Assembly (NCBI GenBank): GCA_965223505.1
Contig: CBDCWP010000039.1
Location: forward strand, 160,001-224,000
Direction of reading: 5' to 3'
Source: Planctomycetota bacterium
Lineage (GTDB): Bacteria > Planctomycetota > PLA2 > JAEUHO01
Length of the DNA stretch: 64,000 bases
Shown: positions 51,223-60,384 of the stretch, in pieces
How the letters are laid out: every line of letters begins with the position of its first letter
Position numbering within the stretch: position 1 is the first letter of the stretch
Program-made: the position numbers and the translations under genes
The notes under the pieces: generated by a model
Databases searched by the model: none
Seen by the model: the letters and a program-made list of their open reading frames with translations, nothing else
What the model was told of the DNA's origin: nothing

Positions 51223-54072
51223 GTGAAGCCCGAACCCGTGCTCCGCGTCCTTGCGGGCCTCCTGTTTCTCGGAGGGCTGGCCTATCTCGTCGGCCCGTGG
51301 GTGCTTCCGGACATCGTTCGCGAGCGACCGTTCCTGCCGCACTCCGTGGTCAAGGTGATCGTGCTCGGGTTGTGTTGTCTGCACGGAAGCGGGTGGCTCG
51401 TGCGGCACCGTCCGCTCATCGGCGCGACGCTCCTCGCGCATCTGGTCTCGATCGGCGCGATGGTGCTGTACATCGTGGCGCTGCCCGCCGCGGGCGCCAT
51501 GGGGCGCGATGGCGACGGCTGGCCGGTGCGCGACGTGCTGATCGGCGCGATCGTGCTCGACGGCGTGATCACGCTCGTGCTTCTGTGGTCCTGGCTGCGC
51601 GCGCGCGGCGCGACACGGCCCCCGACCCCCGCGCCGCCGGGGCCCGACGACGGTGCGCTTCGTCGCGTGCTCGTCGTCGTCGGTGTCTTCTTCGGCGCGG
51701 CGACCGTCGCGCTCGTCGCGCTGCCGTTCTTGTGCCCGGGCATCGCCGTGGAGCTGCCGTTCGTGTCCAACGCAGGCGTTCGTACGGCGATCCTGGCGCT
51801 GCTGTGCTTCGTCGCCTGTCGAAACCCGCGGCGCCATGCGGCCGCGCTCGACATCCTCGTCGTCGGTCAGCTCGTCGCGGTCCTCGCCGGCCTCGCGCTT
51901 CTGCCGGGCTCGGACGGCTCGGCGTGGTTCCACGTCGGCTCGGTCGAGCTGTCCCGGCGTCTCGTCCTGCTGCTTGTTGTCGGGGTGGACGCCGTGCTGG
52001 GCCTGCTCCTCCTGCTGGGCGCGGTGCGTGCGTGGCGCCGGCGCGAGAAGCTGAAGTTCCTGCGGCCCGTCGAGTTCCGCGCGCTCGAAGCGTTGGCCGA
52101 TCTGCTCGTGGACGTCCGTTCGCCCGGCATGCCCTCGGCGGGCGACGTGGCTCGACACACGGACGCGCACCTCGCGCCGATCCGGGCGGCCAAGCTCTGG
52201 CTCTTTCGCGCTGCGCTCTTCGGTACGCAGCTGTTGCCCGTCTTCCGCTTGCGGCCGCCCATGTCCGAGATGGAACCCGAGCTTCGCCGCAAGGACCTGC
52301 AGCAGCGCTTCGGCTACAAGCCGCTGAGCGAGCTCGACGACGACCGCGGTCGCCAGATCCTGCAGGCGCTGATCCGCATCTCGAAACAGCTCGTCTACGT
52401 CGGCTACTACAACGATCCCAAGGTGCATCCGAGCATCGGCTACACGCCGTTCTCCCAGCGTCCCGAGCGCGACTTCGAGGATCCGCCCGGCCGCGAAGTC
52501 TCTACGACGAAGCTCGACGTGACACCGGCCGACGAGCTACCCGACATCGTCGCGACGGAGGTCTGCGTGATCGGAAGCGGGGCGGCCGGCTCGACGCTCG
52601 CGCACGAGTTCACCCAAGCCGGGCATCGCGTCCTGTTGATCGAGCGCGGCGGGTACACGGAGCCGAGCGCGTTCACCGAGAACGAGCTCGACATGGTCGG
52701 GCGCCTCTATGCCGACGGTATCACCGGCCAGACGGAGGACTTTCGCTTCACGATCCTGCAGGGGAGCTGCGTGGGGGGCGGCACGACGATCAACAACGGT
52801 GTCATCTTCGATCCACCCGCGTATCTGCTCGATCGTTGGAACCAAGAGCACGCAGCCGGGATCGACGTCGCCGAACTGCAAGCGAGCGTCCAGGCCATGC
52901 GCGCCCATCTGCGTGTGCAACGGCAAACGCCGTACAACGAGACCGGTGTGGATCCGGACAACGCGTCCTTTCTGAACCCGTCCGGCTTCCCGTTCATCGA
53001 AGCCCTCCGCAAGCATGCCGGCGCGCTGTACCCCGACAACGGCGCGGTCGAGGCCAACATCGAGAACAACCTCGGCACCGGCTACGAGAACATCGGCGAC
53101 CGCTACGGGCGCAAGCTCGGGACGCTCGAGACGCTGCTTCCCAAGGCGCAAGCGACGGGCCGGCTCACCGTTACGGCGGGGTTGGACATCGACCGGCTGC
53201 TGACGGGCGGCGGCGCGCGCGTGCGTGAAGCCCAGGGCGCCACGCCCGGCGGACGCCGCATTCGCGTTCACGCCGAAAGGTTCGTCATCGCGGCAGGGGC
53301 GGTCGCGTCCTCCTGGTTGCTGATCCGCAACGGCATCCGTCTCGGCGGGCGGGTGGGCCGGGGATTCTCGGCCAACATGGGGTCCTATCTCACCGTCGAC
53401 TTCGGGCGCGAGGTCGGCAGCGAAGAAGGCCTGCAGATCTCGCACTACGCGATTCCGAAGCCGTGGCCCGAGGGTGAGCCGCCCTACGTGCTCGAGACGT
53501 GGTGGAACCCGCCCGCGATCCAGGCGACGAACATGCCCGGTTGGTTCGAGGATCACCAGAGCAACATGCAGGCCTACCGCAACATGATGGCGGTCGGCGT
53601 GATCGTCGGCACCGCGGCCACCGGCACGGTGCGGCCGGCGCTGACGGGCGGCGCCGAGGTGGTGTTCAAGCCCGGGGCGCAGGAGCTGGATCGGCTTGCC
53701 GCCGGCCTGCGATCCGTGGCCGAGATCTCGATCAAGGACGGCGCCGAGCGGGGCGAGGCCGTACGCGTCATGCCGAACACGTGGCAGTACGACGCGTTCA
53801 CGAAGCTGGATGAGCTGGACCGTCTCGACCGGCTCGTTCGCAAGAGCGACTATCTGACGCTGGGCACGGGCCATCCGCAGGGCGGCAACGCGATGAGCTC
53901 CGACGCTGGACGGGGCGTGGTCGATCCGAACTTCCGCGTGCACGGCATGGACAACCTCTACGTCTGCGACGCGAGCGTCTTCCCGACGAGCGTCGGCCTC
54001 AATCCGCAGATGACGGTGTTCGCGCTCGCGCACTACGCAGCGCGCCGGATCACCGACGGGGGTGGATCGTGA
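51223..54072 (+). CDS. GMC-family oxidoreductase with N-terminal multi-TM domain
   Basis: VIGSGAAG FAD motif, CVGGGTTIN, AAGAVAS, HPQGG, DASVFP, NPQMT; about 280 aa hydrophobic N-terminus. Confidence 0.88.
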   Translation: MKPEPVLRVLAGLLFLGGLAYLVGPWVLPDIVRERPFLPHSVVKVIVLGLCCLHGSGWLVRHRPLIGATLLAHLVSIGAMVLYIVALPAAGAMGRDGDGWPVRDVLIGAIVLDGVITLVLLWSWLRARGATRPPTPAPPGPDDGALRRVLVVVGVFFGAATVALVALPFLCPGIAVELPFVSNAGVRTAILALLCFVACRNPRRHAAALDILVVGQLVAVLAGLALLPGSDGSAWFHVGSVELSRRLVLLLVVGVDAVLGLLLLLGAVRAWRRREKLKFLRPVEFRALEALADLLVDVRSPGMPSAGDVARHTDAHLAPIRAAKLWLFRAALFGTQLLPVFRLRPPMSEMEPELRRKDLQQRFGYKPLSELDDDRGRQILQALIRISKQLVYVGYYNDPKVHPSIGYTPFSQRPERDFEDPPGREVSTTKLDVTPADELPDIVATEVCVIGSGAAGSTLAHEFTQAGHRVLLIERGGYTEPSAFTENELDMVGRLYADGITGQTEDFRFTILQGSCVGGGTTINNGVIFDPPAYLLDRWNQEHAAGIDVAELQASVQAMRAHLRVQRQTPYNETGVDPDNASFLNPSGFPFIEALRKHAGALYPDNGAVEANIENNLGTGYENIGDRYGRKLGTLETLLPKAQATGRLTVTAGLDIDRLLTGGGARVREAQGATPGGRRIRVHAERFVIAAGAVASSWLLIRNGIRLGGRVGRGFSANMGSYLTVDFGREVGSEEGLQISHYAIPKPWPEGEPPYVLETWWNPPAIQATNMPGWFEDHQSNMQAYRNMMAVGVIVGTAATGTVRPALTGGAEVVFKPGAQELDRLAAGLRSVAEISIKDGAERGEAVRVMPNTWQYDAFTKLDELDRLDRLVRKSDYLTLGTGHPQGGNAMSSDAGRGVVDPNFRVHGMDNLYVCDASVFPTSVGLNPQMTVFALAHYAARRITDGGGS

Positions 54073-54572
54073 TCACGCTCGGGCGGGTGGCCATCGTCGT
54101 CGGCGTGTACGCGGTGCTGTGGCTGTCGTTTCGCCTCTTCACGCGCAGCCCCGACAAGTCCGAGCGCACCACCTTCCTGGTGTTGGGGGGCGGCTGGGCG
54201 CTCAGCACGTTCGTCGGGAACTGGCTCCTGTCGTTGATCGGGGCGATGAGCTTCATGCCTTGGATCACCAACGCGTTGCACACATTCGTGTGGATCGGCT
54301 TCTGCCTCACCTGGCTCTACTTCGGCGTGCGCTTCCGGTACGGGCTGCTGGCGCAGTTCTCGTTCTTCGCGGGTTTCAGCCTCGTGGTCAAGGTGGCGGA
54401 GCGCCTGCTGTTCGGAACGTGGGAGCACGACCACTTCATCTGGCTCGTGGACGGCAACGTCGCGTACATCGTGGGCTGGTCCCTGATGGACGGGCTCTAT
54501 CCGTTCATCAGCATCATGTTCCTACGGCTGCTTGCACAGCGGTTGCCGAAGCTGCGCCTCGTCATTCGGTAG
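54069..54572 (+). CDS. Hypothetical multi-TM membrane protein
   Basis: GTGA overlap with the GMC gene; highly hydrophobic. Confidence 0.75.
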   Translation: MITLGRVAIVVGVYAVLWLSFRLFTRSPDKSERTTFLVLGGGWALSTFVGNWLLSLIGAMSFMPWITNALHTFVWIGFCLTWLYFGVRFRYGLLAQFSFFAGFSLVVKVAERLLFGTWEHDHFIWLVDGNVAYIVGWSLMDGLYPFISIMFLRLLAQRLPKLRLVIR

Positions 54573-54753
54573 CGGGGCCGGAACGCCCGCGATCGCGAGC
54601 CTTCTCGCCCACGCAGTCGTTACCGCCTATCCGCTGCAGCCCGCGCGCGGGACCGGGCGCCGTGCGGCCGGAGGTCGGATCCGCCAGGGGCGCGGTGTAA
54701 CGGCGGCTGGCGTTCGACGTGGTTGGACTCGTCCCCTTCCAAGGAGAATCGCC

Positions 54754-55158
54754 ATGCATCACATCGCGCGCACCACCGTCCTCGTCCTTCTGGGCATCGC
54801 CGCAGCGGCGCCTTGTGCGGCCGCGCCTGCGCCCAGTCCGTTCGCCGGCAGCTACAGGGGAGACATCGGCAATTGGGATGCCAGCCTCACCATCGACGAC
54901 GGCGGCAGCATCGTCGGCGCGGCCCAGCCGTCGTGGAACAGTTTCTGCTCAAAGGCGAGCATCAGCGGGCGCGTGACGAACGATGGTTCGATCCGCATCG
55001 TGCTCCGGTACACCTGCCTCGACTTCAGCCGCAGGTTCCTGGGCGACAAGCGCATTCGATGGGTGATCGACGGTACGGCGTCCCTCGACGCCGAGGGCAA
55101 CCTGGACGTCGACTCGAGCGACCCCGTAGCCGGTGCGTTCACCCTGAACGTTCGCTGA
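54754..55158 (+). CDS. Secreted hypothetical protein
   Basis: AAGGAG RBS; signal peptide; FAGSYRG beta-barrel-like start. Confidence 0.7.
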   Translation: MHHIARTTVLVLLGIAAAAPCAAAPAPSPFAGSYRGDIGNWDASLTIDDGGSIVGAAQPSWNSFCSKASISGRVTNDGSIRIVLRYTCLDFSRRFLGDKRIRWVIDGTASLDAEGNLDVDSSDPVAGAFTLNVR

Positions 55159-55249
55159 CGCTGACGGTCGGCCGCTACGACGGAGACGGCTCCCTTGCGA
55201 GGGGGGTCGTTTCAGGTTCGGCGCCTCCAGTACCCTGTGCGGGAGAAAC

Positions 55250-58200
55250 ATGGCGCGACGGACGGCTCCCCTTTTTCTGGTGCTCCTGCTTTCGGTGCTC
55301 GTGCTGTCGACGTCGCGGGTCGGGGAGGCCGAAGAGCCCGTCGCGCCCACCCCGGCCCAACGCTTCGTCGACGCCTACCGAGCAGACGACGAGACGGCAC
55401 AGAAGAAGATTGCCGGCGACCCTGCAATCGACCCGGTGGACGTGGTCGCGACGCTGTGGCTCTGGCGGCTCGCGGTGCTCCCGGACGAGCCGGACTCGGA
55501 GTTCCTTCCCGCGGCGACGGCGTTCGCGAGGCTGGCGGCCGCGCGCCCCGATGCGCCCAAGCTCGCCGTCGTCGTGGAGGCGCACGTTGCGATCACGGGG
55601 GAGCGCCTGGCAGCTGAGCTCGAGCGCGCCGAGGCCTGGAGCCGAGCCCGCGACCTGAAGGCGACGCAGGAGCGTCTCGCCGCCCACGCCGAGCTCGCGC
55701 TGGCCACGGCGAACGCACAGCCCACACTGCTCACGGCGGCGATCCTGTCCCGATGCGCCGAGGTCCTCGAGGCCGGTGGACGCCGTGCGGAGGCCGCGCG
55801 CGCGCACGGGCTCGCGGCGCGTCACGCCGACGCCTTACCTTTTGGCTGGGCCTGGCGGCCAAGGCGTGGCAATCGACGGCGCGCCTCGCAACGATGCGCG
55901 CCGCGTGGGACGACGCGGCCGCCGCGCTCGAGCGCGCTGCGGTCCGGATGGAGTCCGCGGGGTGGCACCGGCCGGCGGCTTCCATCCTGGCCAATCTCGC
56001 GCTCGTCCAGCGCCGGCAGGGCCGGCCCGATGCGTCCGCCGGCGCGGCGGCGCGCGCCGAAGACAATGCCCGCCGCGCAGGCGACGACGCCATGCGGAGG
56101 CGCGCCCGGCTTGCGCGCGCCTCCGCCTGGATCGACCAGGCGCGGTGGGAGGAGGCCGCGGCCGTGCTTCGAGAGGTCGCCGACGCCGCATCGGCGGCCG
56201 GCGACGAGCGTTCGGCCCGTACGGCGCGGCTGAACCTGGGTCTGCTGTTCTTGCGCAGCGGCCGGTTCGCCGAGGCCTTGACCGTCCACGAGCAGGAGCT
56301 GTCACGCCTTGCGTCGGAGCCGCCCAGCCAGGCCAAGGCGGCGGCGCTGCGCAACGCCGGCATCGTCCTGCGCGAGCTGGGTCGTCTGTCGGAGGCGCGT
56401 GATCTCCAAGCGCGGGCCCTCGAGACCTACCTGGCCCTGCGGGACCGCGCGGGCGCGGGCGCCGCGCGCCTGAATCTCGGTGCGCTGGCGCTTGCCATGG
56501 GCGACCCGGCGCTCGCGAGCACCCATTACCGCGCGGCCGCCGACGCCGCGTGGGGCGCGGGGGACTTCGAGGTGGGATCCCTTGCGACCCTGAACCTCGC
56601 CGCCATCGAGCGCCTTGCGGGCAATCCGGATGCCGCGATCAAGACCCTCGAGGGCGTCGTACACCGCTGCGAGGCCGCCGGGCGTCCGGTGCCCGCCGTT
56701 GCCTTGAGCGAGCTCGGCAAGGCGCGTATGGATCACGGACAGATCGATCGCGCCCTCGAGCACTTCGCCGCGGCCGTCGAGGCCCTCGACTCGAGCGCGG
56801 AGGGACCGCGTCGTGCATCGGCGGTCCTGGCGAGCCAGGCCGCGGCGTTGCGCGAGGCGGGGCGGCTCGCCGCCGCTCTGGCTCCCGCCCGGCGTGCGCT
56901 CGAGCTGCGGCGCGCGTCGCTCGCCGGCCTCGAGGCCGGAGAGGCGGACGGACTCGGCCTGCGCGTGGCGGAGCTCGCCGCGCTCGGCCTCGCGATCACC
57001 GCGCGGCTGTGCGCGGCGGGCACGCTCAGCGAGGCCGCCGCGGCGGCGGAGGCGTTCCGGTTCGTCGAGTGGGCCCGCGCCCTCTTGCTGGTCGAGTCCC
57101 TGCGAACAACCGGCGCGCTGGTCCATGCCACGCTCCCCGACGATTTGCGTCACGCGCTCGAGGCGGCGTCCGCAGCACTGGACCGCGCGCGCCGGGGGCT
57201 CGCCCGCGCGTTGGCGCGGGGCGACACCGGCGCCGTCGACGCCGCCCGTGCGCGCCGCGACCGTGCATACGAGGCCCGCGAGGTCGCCTTGGCACGCGCC
57301 CACCGCCACGCGGGGCGACTCGCGCAGGTCGTGTGGCCACGACCGCTCGAGCTGGAAGCGGTTTGCGAGCTGCTCGGTCCAGGCGAGGCGCTCGTGCTGT
57401 ACCAGATCGCCGAGGACCGTCTCCATGCCATCGTAGTGCGGGCGGATCGAGCGCGGCTCGTGGACCTCGGGGACACCGATGGACTCGCCGAGGATGCGCT
57501 GGCCTGGCGGCGGTTGGCGTCGGTGCCGCGGGGCCCGGAAGCGCTGCTCGCCGCCCGGCTGCACGAGCGCCTGATCGCACCGCTCGACGCAGAGCTGGCA
57601 GGGACTACATCGCTGCTCGTATCGCCTGACGGTCCGCTCACCTTCGTGTCCTTCGATGCGCTGCTCGATCGCGGAACGGGGAGGCGCCTGGTCGAAGAGT
57701 GGGTCGTGCGCGCCGTACCCTCGGCCAGCGTGCTTTCGCTGCTGCGGACGCAGGCACCGCCGGCGCGCGCGCACCAGCGCTTGTTGGCGCTCGGCGATCC
57801 CGCTCGCCCTGCGGCGCTCTCGCTTCGCGCGCAGGGGCTCGGCTTCGCGCTGCCGCGGCCGCTTCCGGGCGGTCGCCGAGAGGCCGCGGCGGTGGTGGAC
57901 CGGCCCCCGCCGGAAGGAACACGTTCTCTTGCTCGGGACGGAGGCGAGCCGCGCCCGTCTTCTCGAGACCCTGGCCGCCGCGGACGAGCCCTGGCGCGCG
58001 ATCCACCTCGCCTGCCACGGCCGCCTCGACGGCGAGCGTCCGCGCCTGACGGGACTCCTGCTCGCGGGCGGGGACGTGCTCGACGTCGACGACGTGCACC
58101 GGCTGCAGGCGCCCGCCGATCTCGTCGTCCTGTCGGCGTGCGAGACCGGACGCGGCGGTCTCGTGCGGGGCGACGGCGTGCTCGGTCTCGTACGCGGGTT

Positions 58201-58411
58201 CTTCGTGGCAGGGGCGCGAGCCGTGGTGGCCTCGACCTGGAAGGTCGCCGACCGGCCGACGCTCGATCTCATGCGTCGCTTCTACGAGGCGCTCGACACG
58301 GGGGCTTTGCCGGCGGAGGCGCTGGCGCGCGCCAAGCGCGAGGTACTGGCCGGCGGGGGCGAGGCGGCCCACCCTGCCCATTGGGCCGGTTTCGTCCTCT
58401 GGGGGCCGTGA
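55250..58411 (+). pseudogene. Secreted TPR-CHAT (caspase-like) protease interrupted by two compensating frameshifts (real or assembly errors)
   Basis: Signal peptide in the frame of 55250; TPRs and ISPDG-like VSPDGPLTFVSF in the frame of 55753; catalytic IHLACHG, LSACETG and HWAGF in the frame of 57656; shifts near 55835 and 57905. Confidence 0.8.
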
Positions 58412-58466
58412 CCCGCACGGCGCCGGCGCCGGGGTCGTATGATCGCGGTGCGGAGGCGCGTGCGCG

Positions 58467-59390
58467 ATGAGCGAGGTTTCGACCGACGAAGGCCAGCTCC
58501 TCGAGGCCCTGGCCGCTTCGTATGCGGCGGGCCGTCTCGCCCACGCCGAGCTCGCCCTCCCGCGGAAGGCATTCGACGATCATGCACGAGCCGCCGCGTC
58601 GCGGCGCCGGGCGCGTCGCGCCGGTGATGACGCGCCGTCGCTGTCCGACGTCGTGGCGTCAGCCGTCGCCTCGGATCTCTACCTTGCGACGGCGGCGATC
58701 CACGGCGTGGAGGGCGCCTGGGAAAGGCTCGAAGGAGGGCTCCGCCCGCGACTCCTCGCCTTGGCGCGCGCGCGCGGCGCGGGCACCGTCGAGGCCGAGC
58801 GGCTCGTGACCGACCTGCTCGGTGACCTCGCGCTGCCGGGCGGCGGAGCGCCGCGGCTGCTGGCGACCTACGACGCCACGGGCAGCCTTTTCGGCTGGTT
58901 GGCGACGACGCTCGTGCGGCGCTGGTGGCGAAACGCGCGTGCAACCCGAAAGGGACCCCGCGCGCTCGAGGACAGGGCCTCCATGCTGCCGCCGGCGACC
59001 GCCCCCGGTCCCGCTGCGACGGCGGCCACGCGCGAGTGGGGCGGGCACGTTCGAACCGCCCTGCTCCGCGCGTTGGAACGACTCACCCCCCGGGAGCACG
59101 CCGTGCTGGTCATGCGGCACGTCGACGGGCGCACCGGCCGGGACATCGCGCGGATCCTGGGCGTCGGACCGCCGCGCGTCAGCCGCCTGCTGCAGCAGGC
59201 GACCGGCAAGGTGCGCGAGGGGCTGCTGCCCCTGGTTCGGTCGGCCGGCGTCCGCGGGCGACTCGACGAGGAGAGCTGGGAAGCGCTGCGCGACGGCGTG
59301 GGCGAGGCGCTGCAGATGGCAATTCCAAGAGAAGACGCGCCCCTTCCTCACGAAGGCGCCAGGGGCAAGGAGGGCACCTCCGATGCATGA
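58467..59390 (+). CDS. ECF-type sigma-70 factor
   Basis: DLYLATA...AWERL, YDATGSLFGWL, LTPREHAVL...DIARILGV. Confidence 0.85.
   Translation: MSEVSTDEGQLLEALAASYAAGRLAHAELALPRKAFDDHARAAASRRRARRAGDDAPSLSDVVASAVASDLYLATAAIHGVEGAWERLEGGLRPRLLALARARGAGTVEAERLVTDLLGDLALPGGGAPRLLATYDATGSLFGWLATTLVRRWWRNARATRKGPRALEDRASMLPPATAPGPAATAATREWGGHVRTALLRALERLTPREHAVLVMRHVDGRTGRDIARILGVGPPRVSRLLQQATGKVREGLLPLVRSAGVRGRLDEESWEALRDGVGEALQMAIPREDAPLPHEGARGKEGTSDA
59318..59345 (+). promoter_or_regulatory. Candidate ECF promoter copy 1
   Basis: GGCAATTCC-N10-GCG; the same motif occurs at 60318. Confidence 0.4.
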
Positions 59391-60306
59391 GACACCCCCG
59401 TCCGGACTCGATCGCCTCCTCGCCGAGGCGGCCGACGGGGCCGCGCCCTGCCCCGATCCCAACGACCTCGCGGGATTCGTCGAGGGCCGTCTGGACGAGG
59501 CCGCCGAGGACGCGGTCCTCACGCACCTTGCCGCGTGCGCGCTGTGTCGTGAGGTCATCGACGCGGTGGGCGCAGCCGATACCCCCGTTGCGTCACCCGG
59601 CGCCCCGTCCCGTCCGTCGTGGTTCCGCTGGACCGCGGCCGCGGCGGCCTTGCTGCTGGCGGCCGTCGGCGCGGGCGTCGCCCTGCAGTCCCGGGACGGT
59701 GGCACCGAGGAGGGCACGCGAGCGCGCCTGGTTGCCGCGGCAGGCCGGATCGCCGATCGCGACGCGTCGCTGGCCGCCCTTCTTGTGCCGCTCTCCGACG
59801 AGGAGCTCAGGCGCCGCGACGCGGACGAGCTGCGAGGGGACGGCGAGGCGATCCTGCCCGTGGGGCGCGTCACAACGACCCGGCCGACGTTTTCGTGGCC
59901 GGCGGTGCCGGGGGCGCGCAGCTACACGATCACGCTGCTCGGCGAGCAAGGGACCCTCTGGTCGAAAACGGTCGAGGGAACGATCTACACCGCCGAGGCG
60001 CCGCTGACCGCGGGCGCCAGCCACGTGTGGTATGTCGAATCCGACGATCCCCATGCCACCTCGCGCAGCGCGGCCTTCGACGTCATGGCGGCCGACGAGG
60101 CCGAGGCGTGGTCGCGAGCCGTGTCCGAGGTGGAGCAGGACGTCTCGGAGCCGCTCTCCTGGCTTCTGCTTGCCCACGCGGCGCTTCGCCGCGATCTGCG
60201 GCAGGAGGCCCTCGCGTTCGCCCGCCGCTACGCGGACGCGTCGCCCGAAGACGATCTCGGCGAGGCCACGCTCGCCCGCGCGCAGGACCGTCTGAACGCT
60301 CGCTGA
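59383..60306 (+). CDS. zf-HC2 anti-sigma factor with TM and extracytoplasmic Ig/DUF928-like domain
   Basis: CP...HLAACALC zinc motif; TM; RPTFSWPAVPGARSY; TPR-like tail. Confidence 0.82.
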   Translation: MHETPPSGLDRLLAEAADGAAPCPDPNDLAGFVEGRLDEAAEDAVLTHLAACALCREVIDAVGAADTPVASPGAPSRPSWFRWTAAAAALLLAAVGAGVALQSRDGGTEEGTRARLVAAAGRIADRDASLAALLVPLSDEELRRRDADELRGDGEAILPVGRVTTTRPTFSWPAVPGARSYTITLLGEQGTLWSKTVEGTIYTAEAPLTAGASHVWYVESDDPHATSRSAAFDVMAADEAEAWSRAVSEVEQDVSEPLSWLLLAHAALRRDLRQEALAFARRYADASPEDDLGEATLARAQDRLNAR

Positions 60307-60317
60307 GAAACACCACC

Positions 60318-60345
60318 GGCAATTCCGGGGGAGCGGGCGACTCCG
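60318..60345 (+). promoter_or_regulatory. Candidate ECF promoter copy 2
   Basis: GGCAATTCC-N10-GCG-ACTC about 40 nt upstream of the lipoprotein ATG. Confidence 0.4.
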
Positions 60346-60384
60346 ACCTCCATTCGGCGCCGATGCGCCCCGGAGGACCCGCCC

